The position numbers and the translations under genes were made by a program. This document shows positions 50,109-62,703 of a stretch of 64,000 nucleotides of DNA, piece by piece (the stretch's first letter is position 1; each line of letters starts with the position of its first letter). The notes under the pieces are model-generated. The model ran no database searches. It was not told where the DNA came from and saw only the letters and a list, made by a program, of their open reading frames with translations. The stretch comes from Squalus acanthias (taxonomy: Eukaryota), in the NCBI GenBank assembly GCA_030390025.1, contig CM059432.1, positions 806,001 through 870,000 of the forward strand. Reading direction: 5' to 3'.

Positions 50109-50783
50109 TACAGTGTATGTATGTGAACGCACGAAGTGTAGTAAACAAGGTAAGTGAGCTGCAGGCACAAATAGCCACATGGGAATATGATGTTGTGGCA
50201 ATAACGGAGACCTGGCTCAAAAAAGAGCAGGAGTGGGTATTAAATATTCCTGGTTATAAGGTGTTCAGGAAAGATAAGGAAGGAAGATAGGACTTGGTGT
50301 GGCAGTATTGGTTAAGGAGAATGTTACAGTGCTGGAGAGGGAGGATGTCTTGGAGGGGTCAAGGACAGAATCTGTATGGCTAGAGTTAAGAAATAATAGA
50401 AGTGCCATTACACTACTAGATGTATTCGATAGAGCAGCAATTAGTGGGAAAAATATGGAGGAACAAATTTGCAGAGAAATTACAGAGAGGTGCAAAAACT
50501 ATAGTAATAATGGGGGACTCCCCACTATCCTAATATAGACTGGGATCGTAATAGTGTAAAGGACAGAGAAGGGGGAGAATTTCTGAAGTGTGTTCAGGAG
50601 AACCTTCTTGATCAGTATGTTTCCGGCTCAACGAGGGAGGAGGCATTGCTGGATCTGGTTCTGGGGAATGAGGTGGGTCAAGTGGAGCAAGTGTCAGTAG
50701 GTGAACATTTAGGGAACAGTGGTCATAGTATCACAAGGTTTAGATTAGCTATGGAAAAGGACAGGGAGCAATCTAGAGTAAAA

Positions 50784-51568
50784 GGGGGAAAAATTGGGTA
50801 TCACCCATTTTGGGGCACCAGATTATTGCCTCTGACTGCAAAATACGCCTCTATCGCCCCTGGAGGTGATTTGAGCGCTAAATCAGGCACTACACACCTC
50901 TCTTAAGGCGCAAATGTCGGAGAGCAAGGCGCTACCTCAGAACACTACCGAAGCTCAGGTGATGCCAGTTACCATGGAAGTCAGACAGACTGGCGCCGTC
51001 CAGTTCTTAAAGGGGAGGGGCCATCTTGCTGACCAGCCACACCCTGCTCATTGCAGCCTTCAATCTCGGCCTGCAGAGACCTCTAAAGCAATTGTGTTGG
51101 AAGCACTAATGGATCGACCCAGGGAAAGAGCTCGGCGCTTAGGAACCTCAAAAGTGGTGCTGAGGGCCAAAACTCCTTAGGACAGTGTTATATCTTTCCA
51201 GACATCTCTCTCCCCCTCAACCTGCGTGTACCAAAAGCTTTGCCGACTAGAAAAGGCAGGAAGTGCCTGCCTTTAGATAGCGCTCCCCCAGCCCCTTCCC
51301 GACCTGAAAACATTCCCCTCTACCTGTCGTTCCTAGCGGCAGGCACTAAGGCAGGGGGCGCGACTCAATATCCAGTCTGGGGCGCTACCGGGGCGTTGCA
51401 CGCTCGACTGATGTCATGATCTGTGGGCGCAGGAGATCATGGCAGGTAGTGTTTAGCGCCGCCGCAACACGACTGGTCAATTTCGCGAGTGGCGCTAAGT
51501 TCCTAGCGCCCCGTTAGCAACCCCCGGAGGCCCTAATGAGAGACGCTAACCAACCGAATTTTTTCCCC
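50784..51568. mobile_element. Non-autonomous Harbinger-type element
   Basis: TIR GGGGGAAAAATTGG / CCGAATTTTTTCCCC with AAA TSD. Confidence 0.8.
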
Positions 51569-52189
51569 AAAATGTTTAACTGGGGGAGGCCAATTTCAGT
51601 GGGATGAGAACGGATCTGGCCCGGGTAAACTGGAATCAAAGATTGGCAGGCAAAACTGTAATGGAACAATGGCTGTCTTTAAAGAGGAAATAGTTCAGGT
51701 ACAGTTGAGATATATTCCCACTAGGGGGAAAGGCAGGGCAACTAAAGTCAGGGCTCCCTGGATGACGAAAGAGATAGAGAATATGATGAAGCAGAAAAAG
51801 AGCGCGTATGACAGATGTCAGGTTGCAAATACATCTGAGAATCAGGCTATATATAGAAAGGTCAGAGGGGAAGTTAAAAAGAAAATAAGAGGGGCAAAGA
51901 GAGGGTATGAGAATAGAATGGCAGCCAGCATAAAAGGTAATCCAAAAGTTTTCAATAGGCATATAAATAGTAAAAGGGTAGTAAGAGGAGGTGTGGGGCC
52001 GATTCGGGACCAAAAAGGAGACCTGTGCATGGAGGCAGAGGGCATGGGTGAGGTACTAAATGAGTACTTTGCATCTGTCTTCACCAAGGAAGAGGATGCT
52101 GCCATTGACATAGTGAAGGAGGAGGTAGTGGAGACAATTTCAGAGCACAACCTCGGCCCCTATTTTTTTGTTTAATATTAAAAAAAAAA

Positions 52190-52703
52190 TTTCTCACATG
52201 GCAGCTGTTGATGATTCTGCCTTTGCCATTTACACCTCATCTAGAGTCATCTTTTGTTTCTTAACTTGCCCCATTATCATCTCCTTTTGCCTTGCACCAT
52301 CATCCCTTTTGTTTTTTAATCTCTCCTGCCTTCCAGCCTATCACAGACCTTCCCTTTTGTTCTTTTATCCCCTCCTCCCTTTCCCTGCCCCACACTTGCT
52401 TAAAAATCTGTTACATCTCTAACTTTTCCAGCTCCGACAAAGGGTCACAGACCTGAAACGGCTGGATTTTGCCAATGGGGAGCTTTTGGAGGCGGGACTC
52501 CCACTTGTCGGGTTTCAGTCCCGCCTCCATCAACTTCTGGCCAACCCACGCTATTTTCCCTTGATTGACCTTGTTAAGCCCGCCCAGCGGGTTTAGCAGG
52601 CCAATTAAGGGGAAGCCGGTTACAGAGAACGTCAACGTATGACGTTTCATCTGTCAAAAATTTTTGACAGATGAATTATCATCGTTTGACAGCTCTGTGA
52701 AGC
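52190..52703 (+). mobile_element. Penelope 3' fragment (to about 52460) cut by a truncated GGCTGGATTTT MITE
   Basis: Reverse-complement similarity to 11180-11395; the MITE begins right after GACCTGAAAC. Confidence 0.7.
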
Positions 52704-53009
52704 ATAGTTCAAGCCCATGGAATAAAAGGGACAGTGGCAGCATGGATACAAAATTGGCTAAGTGACAGGAAACAGAGAGTAGTGGTGAACGGTTGTTTTT
52801 CGGACTGGTGAAAGGTATACAGTGGTGTTCCCCAGGGGTCGGTTCTAGGACTACTGCTTTTCTTGATATGTATTAATGACTTGGACATGGGTGTACGGGC
52901 TCAATTTCAAAATTTGCAGATGACACAAAACTTGGAAGTATAGTGAACAGTGAGGAGGAGAGTGATGGACTTCAGGAAGACATAGACAGGCTGGTGAAAT
53001 GGGCGGACA

Positions 53010-54741
53010 CATAAGAACATAAGACGTAGGAGCAGGAGTAGGTCATTTGGCCCTTCGAGCCTGCTCCGCCATTCAATAAGATCATGGCTGATCCGATCTT
53101 GGCCTCAACCACTTCCCTGCCCGCTCCCCATAACCCTTGACTCCCTTATCGTTCAAAAATCTGTCTATCTCCATCTTAAATATATTCAATGACCCAGCCT
53201 CCACAGCTCTCTGGGGAAGAGAATTCCAAAGATTCATGACCCTCTGTGAGAAGAAATTCCTCCTCATTTCCGATTTAAAAGGGTGCCCCCTTATTCTGAA
53301 ATTATGCCCCCTCGTTCTAGATTCCCCCACGAGGGGAAACATCCTCTCTGCATCTACCCTGTCAAGCCCCTTCAGAATCTTATATGTTTCAATAAGATCC
53401 CCTCTCATTCTTCGAAACTCCAATGAGTATAGGCCCAACCTGCTCAACCTTTCTTCATAAGATAACCCCTTCATCTCCGGAATCAACCTTGTGAACCTTC
53501 TCTGAACTGCCTCCAATGCAAGTATATCCTTCCTTAAATAAGGAGACCAAAACTGTACGCAGTACTCCAGGTGTGGTCTCACCAACGCCCTGTACAGTTG
53601 TAACAGGACTTCTCTACTTTTATACTCCATTCCCTTTGCAATAAAGGCCAACACTCCATTTGCATTCCTAATTGCTTGCTGTACCTGCATGCTAACTTTT
53701 TGTGATTCATGTACAAGGACCCCCAGAGCCCTCTGTACCTCAGCATTTTGTAATCTCTCCCCATTTAAATAATAATTTGCTTTTTCATTTTTCCTACCAA
53801 TGTGGATAACCTCGCATTTTCCCACATTAAACTCCATCTGCCAGATTTTTGTCCACTCACCTAGCCTATCTATATCCCTTTGGAGATTCTTTGCATTCTC
53901 CACACAATTTGCTTTCCCACCTATCTTTGTATCATCAGCAAATTTGGCTACATTACACTCAGTCTCTTCATCCAAGTCATTAATATAGATTGTAAATAGT
54001 TGAGGCCCCAGCACTGATCCCTGCGGTACCCCACTAGTTACAGTTTGCCAACCTGAAAATGACCCATTTATCCCGACTCTCTGTTTTCTGTTAGTTAGCC
54101 AATCCTCTATCCATACTAATATATTACCCCCAACCCCGTGAGCTCTTATCTTGTGTAGTAACCTTTTATGTGGCACGTTATCGAATGCCTTCTGGAAATC
54201 CAAATACACGACATCTACTGGTTCCCCTTTATCCACCCTGCTCGTTACATCCTCAAAGAACTCCAGCAAATTTGTCAAACATGATTTTCCTTTCATAAAA
54301 CCATGCTGACTCTGCTTGACTATATTATGATTTTCTAAATGTTCTGCTATCACTTCCTTAATGATGGACTCCAGCATTTTCCCAATGACAGATGTTAGGC
54401 TAACTGGTCGATAGTTGCCTGCTTTCTGTCTGCCTCCTTTCTTAAATAGGGGCGTTACATTTGCGGTTTTCCAGTCCGCTGGGACCGCTCCAGGATCCAG
54501 GGAATTTTGGTAGATTACAACCAATGCATCCACTATCTCTGCAGCCACCTCTTTTAAGACTCTAGGATGCCCGCCATCAGTTCCAGGGGACTTGTCCACC
54601 TTAGTTTTCCTAGTACTTTCTCTCTAGTGATAGTGATTGTTTTAAGTTCCCCCCCCCCACCCTAATAGCCCCTTGATTATCCATTATTGGGATGCTTTTA
54701 GTATCTTCTACCGTGAAGACCGATACAAAATATTTGTTCAA
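53010..54741 (-). mobile_element. Young 5'-truncated CR1 with long RT ORF (53082-54599)
   Basis: 505-aa ORF with all RT motifs; (TTCTTATG)n tail. Confidence 0.95.
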
Positions 54742-56280
54742 GATATGTGGCAGATGGAATTTAACGCAGAAAAGTGTGAAGTGACACATTTTGGTAGAAA
54801 GAATGGGGAGAGGAAATATAAACTGAAGGGTACAATCCTGAAGGGTGTGCACGAACAGAGAGACCTGTGCACAAATTGTTGAAGGTGGCAGGGCAGGTTG
54901 AGAAATCAGTTAAAAAGGCTTACGGGATCCTGGGCTTCATAAATAGAGGTATAGAGTACAAAAGTGTGGAAATTATGATGAACCTGTATAAAACACTGGT
55001 TCGACTTAACTGGAGTATTGTGTCCAATTCGAGGCACCGCACTTTAGGAAGGATGTGAAGGCCTTAGAGAAGGTGCAGAAAAGATTTACGAGAATGATTC
55101 CAGGAATGAGGGACTTCAGTTACGTTGATGGACTGAAGAGGCTGGGCTGTTCTCTTTGGAGCAGAGAAGTTTGAGAGGAGATTTGATAGAGGTGTTTAAA
55201 ATCAAGAAGGGTCTAGATAGAGAGAAACTGTTCCCATTGGCAGAGGGATCGAGAACCAGAGGACACAGATTTAAGGTGATTGGCAAAAGAACCAAAGGCG
55301 ACGTAAGAAAAAACTTTTTTACGCAGCGAGTGGTTAGGATCTGGAATGCACTGCCCGAAAGGGTGGTGGAGGCAGATTCAATCACGGCTTTCAAAAGGGA
55401 GTTGGATAAATACTGAAGGAAATTTTTTTGCAGGGCTACAGGGAAAGGGTGGGGGAGTGGGACTAGCTGAAGTGCTCTTGCAGAGAGTTGGCACGGGCTC
55501 GACGGGCTGAATGGTCTTCTTCCGTGCTGTAACCATTCTATGATTCTATGATCCTATACAAGTGTTTTCCGCCTCTAACAATTCAGTGAATAACCACCGA
55601 AAAAACTTGCGATGCTTGCAATGGTCATTCGGTGCATAGATATTAAAGAAATCGCAATTAAATTCCTCCATTTTTACCTTTAGCCGTAAAAATCTCCCCT
55701 CAGGTGTCCTTGTCCACCAAAGCAACGTTCTGTATTATGGACGGACTCACTAAAACAGCCACTCCTCTACGGTTATTGTTTGCACAACTTGCAAACACCT
55801 CTCCCTTCCAAACCTTCCAAAATCTTTCTAGGATATCCTCATCCCAAAAGGTTTCTTGCAGACACAAGTCAGTGCCTTTAAAACACTGCAACAACTGCAG
55901 CAATTTCTTCTCACCCCTCAGTCCGTTCACATTAATCGAGACCATTGTAATCATGGCTCCGAATAAGGGAAGTGTGCCTGATAATCCCCCCATCATTTAA
56001 TTTCCGGCTCCTTCCCAACTTTTCGGGCAGCTGTTGCTTTCTCCTGCAGCCTCCGGCTCTTTTTCACTTCCTGTTTGAACCTTCCCTGCAGTTTCAGCCT
56101 CTTCCTTACATTAGGTTTGGGCTGAGGAGCTGCCCCTTCTCCCTCCTTCCGCCCCTCACTAACCTTTCCCTTTCCACACGATGCCACCCCACCCCCCACT
56201 TCCATGTCTCTGTCCCCCTCTGACTCCTCACTCTCGAGCTCTTCTGTAACCTCCCGGCCCTGCACCCCGTCAGATACATA

Positions 56281-58125
56281 GGGCTGGATTTTTTCAATGG
56301 AGACGTGCTGGAGGCGGGACTTCTGATTTCCGGATTTCAGTCCTGCCCCCCAGCGACGTCTGATCAACCCACGCTATTTTCCCTTGATTGGCCTTGTTAA
56401 GCCCGCTCTGCAGGCTTACCGGCCAATTAAGGGAAAGCCGGTGACAGATGACGTCAGCGTTTGACAGCTTTGAGAAACGAGAGGCAATTAGCAGCAGCTC
56501 AGTGGAAAACAGAGAAGCCACTGTGATTAAGCCTCTCAGCGTTAGCTTGGCTATGTTATGGGATGAGGTTCCCCACATTTGCAGCACATGTATGCGTGAA
56601 AGGATCATAGAATCATGGAAAGTTACAGCACAGAAGGAGGCCATTTCGGCCCATCATGTCCGTGCCGGCCAACAAAGAGCTATTCAGCCTAATCCCACTT
56701 CCCAGCTCTTGGTCCATAGCCCTGCAGGTTAGAGCATCCCAAGTGCACATCCAAGTACTTTTTAAATGTGGTTAGGGTTCCTGCCTCTACCACCCTTTCA
56801 GGCAGTGAGTTCCAGACCCCCACAACCCTCTGGGCGAAGAAATTTCCCCTCAAATCCCCTCTAAACCTTCCACCAATTACTTTAAATCTGTGCCCCCTGG
56901 TTTTTGACCCCTCTGCTAAGGGAAATAGGTCCTTTCTATCCACTTTATCTATGTCCCTCATAATTTTATACACCTCAATAAGGTCTCTCCTCAGCCTCCT
57001 CTGTTCCAAGGAAAACAGACCCAGCCTATCCAGTCTTTCCTCATAGCTAATATTCTCTACTCCCAGCAACATCCTTGTAAATCTCCTCTGTACCCTCTCT
57101 AGTGCAATCACATCTTTCCTGTAATGTGGTGACCAGAACTGCACGCAGTACTCTAGCTGAGGCCTAACTAGTGTTTTATACAGTTGAAGCATAACCTCCC
57201 CTGCTCTTGTATTCTATGCCACGGCTAATAAAGGTAAGCATTCCGTATGCCTTCTTAACCACCTTATCTACTTAGCCTGCTACCTTCAGGGATCTGTGGA
57301 CATGCACTCCAAGGTCCCTTTGTTCCTCTACACTACTCAGTGTCCTACCATTTAATGTGTATTCCCTCCCCAAATGCATTACCTCACACTTCTCCGGATT
57401 GAATTCCATTTGCCTACTGTTCTGCCCACCTGACCAATTTATTGATATCTTCCTGCAGTCTACAGCTTCCTTCTTCAGTATCAACCACACAGGATATTGA
57501 AAGTAGATTGTCATTTTTACAATGTATATGCTTTAAAGGAAGATCAATGCATTTAAGGGAAAGCTAGATGAGTACAAGAGGGAGAAAGGAATAGAAGGAT
57601 ATGCTGATAGGGTGAGATGAAGAAGGGTGGGAGGAGGCTCGTGTGGAGCATAAACACCGGCACAGACCAGTTGGGCCAAATGGCCTGTTTCTGTGCTGTA
57701 AATATTATGTAATTCTATGTATAACTCTATGTACAATTCTCATCCTTGTTTTCAAATCCCTCCGTGGCCTGGCCCCTCCCTATCTCTGTAATCTCCTCCA
57801 GCCCCACAACCCCCCGAGATCTCTGCGCTCCTCTAATTCTGGCCCCTTGAGCATCCCCGATTTCATCGCTCCACCATTGGCGGCCGTGCCTTCAGCTGCC
57901 TGGGCCATAAGCTCCGGAATTCCCTCCCTAAACCTCTCCGCCTCTCTCTCCTCCTTTAAGACGCTCCTTAAAACCTACCTCTTTGACCAAGCTTTTGGTC
58001 ATCTGACCTAATATCCCCTTATGTGGCTCGGTGTCAAATCTTGTTTGATAATCGCTCCTGTCAAGCGCCTCGGGACACTTTACAACGTTAAAGACGCTAT
58101 AGAAATACAAGTTGTTATTGTTGTA
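56281..58125. mobile_element. Truncated MITE (56281-56600), CR1 (56605-57490 -), CR1 tail (57545-57735 +) and L2 end (57735-58125 +)
   Basis: Family motifs as above. Confidence 0.85.
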
Positions 58126-58879
58126 TAAATAGTTATTACTTTCCATTGCTCCAGTGTTACACAGCTTACACATCACGCTAAACTGTCATATTTCTCTCAA
58201 TGCACTCTAAATCATTTGTAAACTTGTGTTGCCTTACTTTATGATTGCCAGCTACCAAGTGTTTATCTTACACTTCTCATTATAATTTAATTATCTGTAA
58301 CCTCAAATTTAATGGCAGCCTTCAGCCCACAGAACTGTTAATTAATGTTATTAAACACTGCTCTTGGGAGTTTTTCCTACTGTTGCATTGCCTGCATCAA
58401 CTATTCCTAATTAAAGAGTAATTTAGTCCTATATTTCCTACGCAATATTATATAATTTTCTTTTCCTGCACCATTGGCTAATTTAATATTCCCTTCCCCC
58501 CCCCCCCACCTTTTAAAAAAAGCAGTCAATTTGTGAGACACAATCTGTTACTTCTGAAAACATTGTTATGATTTTGAGTTCCTTTGCATCATTTTCTTGT
58601 TCAATAGCCTGATGACACTTCTTATAAACAGACCACAGCCCCGTACAATCGGAAATCTGCATTGTTTTGCTTTCTGCACTTGCCGAGTGCAATGATCTGA
58701 AATGAGCAATTGCTCCAATTGTGGTACTGCTACTGGTTTAAGCATTGTCTTGAGCTATGCTCCTGCATGCACTTCATATAGATGGAAAGTACAACATACA
58801 GAGCAGAGATCTGACAGGTTAAATCAACTAATCGAGTTTACTGACAAAATCAGGTATAAAGATATAAAATGCAGCAAGT

Positions 58880-59525
58880 TACAACAACAACTTACATTTA
58901 AATAGCACCTTTAACATAGTAAAACATCCTGCGCTTCACAGGAGGGTTATCAAACACAATTTGACCCCCGAACCACATAAGGAGTTATTAGTACAAAAGC
59001 AAAATACTGTGGATGCTGGAAATCTGAAATAAAAACTAAAAATGCTGGAAATACTCAGCAGGTCAGGCAGCATCTGTGGAGAGAGAAACAGAGTTAACGT
59101 TTCAGGTCGATGACCCTTCGTCAGCACTCACAAAAGGTCATCGACCTGAAACGTTAGCTCTGTTTCTCTCTCCACAGATGCTGCCTGCCCTGCTGAGCAT
59201 TTCCAGCATTTTCTGTTTTTATTAAGGAGATATTAGGACAGGCGACCAAAAGCTTGGTCAAAGAGGTAGGTTTTAAGGAGCGTCTTAAAGGAGGAGGGTA
59301 GAGAGGCGGAGAGGTTTCGGGAGGGAATTCCAGAGCTTAGAGCCCAGGCAGCTGAAGGCACGGCCGCCAATGGTGGAGCGATGGAAATCAGGGCTGAGCA
59401 AGAGGCCAGGATTGGAGGAGGGCAGAGATCTCGGAGGGCTGTAGGGCTGGAGGAGGTAGGGAGGGGGGCGAGGCCATGGAGGGATTTGTAAACAAGGATG
59501 AGTTATTTAAAATAGATGCGTTGCC
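58880..59525 (-). mobile_element. L2 3' end interrupted by a Penelope hairpin
   Basis: The L2 tail resumes after the TSD at 59223. Confidence 0.85.
58992..59222. mobile_element. Hairpin-shaped Penelope pLTR insertion with a hammerhead motif (59091-59129, -)
   Basis: About 90-bp inverted arms; 14-bp TSD TAAGGAG(T/A)TATTAG; minus strand reads CTGACGA-A-GGGTC-ATC-GACCT-GAA-ACGT-T-AACTC. Confidence 0.75.
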
Positions 59526-59784
59526 TCTAATATGTTAGTCTAATATTAGAGTACAAGGCAGCCATGATGTATAGCACCAAATTTCTCAGCACGCTCACCA
59601 CCCATTCTCCACCTGCTGGAGCAAACTTTTAGAATAAAAACAGTGGGTGTAAATTTTCACCTCCGGTGCGGGCAGAAAACTGATGGTTGGAGATCAGGTG
59701 CCCATTTTCTGCCTCGCCCAATTTTCATTTCATTGGATTCAGTGGGACTGAAAATCAGGCAGGCAGTATACAAAACTTTGCAAA

Positions 59785-62235
59785 GTATTTACAGCGCAAG
59801 AACAGGCCATTCAGCCCAACTGCTCCGTGCCGGTGATTATGCTCCACACGAGCCTCCTCCCACCCCTCTTCATCTCACCCCATCACCATATCCTTCTATT
59901 CCTTTCTCCCTCATGTGTTTATCTAGCTTCCCCTTAAATGCATCTGTGCTATTTGCCTCAGCCACTGCCCGTGGTAGCGAGTTCCACATTCTCACCACTC
60001 TCTGGGTAAAGAAGTTTCTCCTGAATTCCCTATTGGATTTTTTAGTGACTGTCTGGCTGGGGAGTCTAGAACCAGGGGTCACAGTCTCAGAATAAACGGT
60101 CGGCCATTTAGGGCTGAGATGAGGAGAAATTTCTTCACTCAGAGGGTGGTGAATCTTTGGAATTCTCTACCCCAGAGGGCTGTGGAGGCTCAGTCGTTGA
60201 GTATATTCAAGACAAAGATCGATAGGGAATCAAGGGATATGGGGAGAGTGCAGGAAAGTGGAGATGAGGTAGAAGATCAGCCATGATCTTATTGAATGGC
60301 TCAAAATTCTAAATGGCCTACTCCTGCTCCTATTTCTTATGTTCTTATGTCTTATATCTATGGCCTCTAGTTCTGGTCTCGCCCACACGTGGAAACATCT
60401 CCTCTAGGTCTACCCTATCAAACCCTTTCATAATCTTGAAGACCTCTATCAGGTCACCCCTCAGTCTTCTCTTTTCTCGAGAAAAGAGCCCCAGCCTGTT
60501 CAATCTTCCCTGTTAGGTATAACCTCTCAGTTCTGGCATCATTCTAGTAAATCTTTTTTGCACCTTCTCCAGTGCCTCTATATCCTTTCTATAATATAGA
60601 GACCTGAACTGTTCACAGTACTCCAAGTGTGATCTAACCATGGTTCTATACAAGTTTAACACAACTTATCTGCTTTTCAATTCTGTCTGTCCCTCTCGAA
60701 ATAAACTCCAGTGCTTTGTTTGCTTTTTTTGTGGCTTTATTAACCTGCGTCGCTACTTTTAGTGATCTGTGTATCTGCACCCCCGATCCCTCTGTTCCTC
60801 TACCCCATTTAGACATTTATTTTACAAGGGGTATGTGGCCTCCTTATTCTTCCTCCCAAAATGCATGACCTCACACTTATCTATATTGAAGTTCATTTGC
60901 TAATTACACGCCCATTTGCAAGTTTATTAATGTCTTCCTGTATTTTGTCGCAGTCCTCCTTGTTAAACAAAAAACAGTCGATTTGTGAAACACAATCTGT
61001 TACTTCTGAAAACATTGTTATGATTTTGAGTTCCTTTGCATCATTTTCTTGTTCAATAGCCTGATGACACTTCTTATAAACAGACCACAGCCCCGTACAA
61101 TCGGAAATCTGCATTGTTTTGCTTTCTGCACTTGCCAAGTGCGAGGATCTGAAATTAGCAATTGCTTCAATTGTGGTACTGCTACTGGTTTAAGCATTGT
61201 CTTGAGCTATGCTCCTGCATGCACTTCATATAGATGGAAAGTGCAACATACAGAGCAGAGATCTGACAGGTTAAATCAACTAATCGAGTTTACTGACAAA
61301 ATCAGGTATAAAGATATAAAATGCAGCAAGTTACTACAACAGCTTGTATTAATATAGCACCTTTAACATAGTAAAATGTCCCAAGGTGCTTCACAGGAGC
61401 GATTATCAAACAAAATTTGACACCAAGCCACATAAGGAGATATTAGGACATCCCCGATTTGGTGTCATCGGCAAATTTTGAAATTGTATTTCCGATATAT
61501 AATGGGCGGCTGATCCGCAACTGCCAGCTTACTGCCCAAGCCCAAAGAATAAATTGGCCACGGTATCTTGGGATAAAACAATGCCTTGAAAGCTGGCACA
61601 ACTGAACGGATTGTTAGCATCCCATTTTATCATGTCCCTCAGGTAGCGAGTGTCATATATAGACTGTGAGCCACAGACTGTCAGAGCTCTTTAATCTGAA
61701 TAGTCTCCAATTCTTTAATCACTAAAAACAAGTGGTACAAAAAAATAATGAAAAAGGCAAATGGAATGTTGGACTTTATCTCAAGGAGGCTGGAATACAA
61801 AGGGTGGAAGTGATGCTACAGTTGTATAAAGATCTGCGTTCAGTTCTGGGCATCGCACCTCAGGAAGGATATATTGGCCTTGAAGGGGGTGCAACGCTGA
61901 TTCACCAGAATGATACCGGGGCTTAAAGGGCTAAGTTATGAGGACAGGTTGCATAGACAAGGCTTGTATTCCTTTGAGTATAGAAGATTAAGGGGTAATC
62001 TAATTGAAGTGTTTAGGATGATTAAAGGATTTGCTAGGGTAGAGAGAGAGAAACTATTTCCTCTGGTGGGGAGAGTCCAGAACAAGGGGGCATAACCTTA
62101 AAATTAGAGCCAGGCCGTTCAGGGATTGTGATGTCAGGAAGCACTTCTTCACACAAAGGGTAGTGGAAATCTCGAACTCTTTCCCCCAAAAAGCTTTTGA
62201 GACTGGGGGTCAATTGAAAATTTTGAAACTAAGAC
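59785..62235. mobile_element. CR1 fragments (59785-61490 - with inserts; 60052-60350 +; 61730-62235 +)
   Basis: CR1 C-terminal motifs and tails. Confidence 0.85.
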
Positions 62236-62585
62236 CAGAGCTCACCAATACTGTCAGGAATGTAACAAGTGTCACCTTCGTAAGAGGCAACTGCCATCCA
62301 GAAACCAAGAATTTCTAATTGAATCGTCCCATTCCTGGGCAATAGGTTGTTCACACCCAGCTTGAAAAAACAGTAGTTGGTTTGTGAATTAGAATAATTT
62401 GAACTTTAATCTTTGTTTCAGTTCAAAAACCTCAGGAAAACTCAGATATAACGAATGATCAAAGTACATATTACAATCACAAAAACTAACCCTTTCAGAT
62501 TGGCAAATGGATCTATCAGTGTAAAGGTTTTTTATTGCAGGTGCTGTTGTGTTAATATTAATGAATACATGTGTCTTCTTAACAG

Positions 62586-62703
62586 CTCTTTCACGTGGCT
62601 TATATTCTTATCAAGTTTGCTAACTCTCCGCGTCCTGACCTTTGGGTCCTTGAGAGATCAGTTGACTTTGGAAGATCCTACAACCCGTGGCAGTACTTTG
62701 CTC
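62586..62703 (+). CDS. LAMA3: Internal coding exon of laminin subunit alpha-3 (LN domain; equivalent to exon 3 of the long alpha-3B form)
   Basis: cttcttaacag|...|gtaagt; 118 bp, phase 0/1; translates [50 protein letters not shown] and the trailing C (compatible with His) favour LAMA3 over LAMA5, from recalled sequences. Laminin alpha-3/5 identity is near certain; the paralogue is less so. Confidence 0.88.

Larger units (their letters stand above)
49313..55553 (+). mobile_element. Long CR1 (ORF1 end, EN, RT, tail) inserted in the Tx1 endonuclease, itself interrupted
   Basis: TSD CTATAC (49307-49312, 55554-55559); YVNARSVVNK, ITETWL, LDLVLGN, FADDTK. Confidence 0.9.
44948..56280 (-). mobile_element. 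Tx1-clade (L1 superfamily) non-LTR retrotransposon, fragmented by nested insertions
   Basis: ORF1 end at 55993-56280. EN motifs SINVNGL, LQET, RGVAVLV (55700-55996), with CIVGDFN rejoined across 55554/49312. RT motifs NWRPITLLNVDYKI, DQEKAFDRV, VRQGCPLSP, YADD (46773-47417). Zinc knuckle CPVC..ETLSHLLVLC (45071-46336). AATAAA at 44968-44973 and A9 tail at 44948-44956. Confidence 0.9.
58513..61450 (+). repeat. Local direct duplication of about 480 bp (58513-58991 and 60963-61450)
   Basis: Near-identical unique sequence followed by an L2 tail in both copies. Confidence 0.95.

Noticed and set aside
60893..61138. Minus-strand ORF in the duplicated block as a coding exon
   Set aside because: No recognisable homology, weak donor, and it runs into CR1 sequence; kept only as part of the duplication finding.
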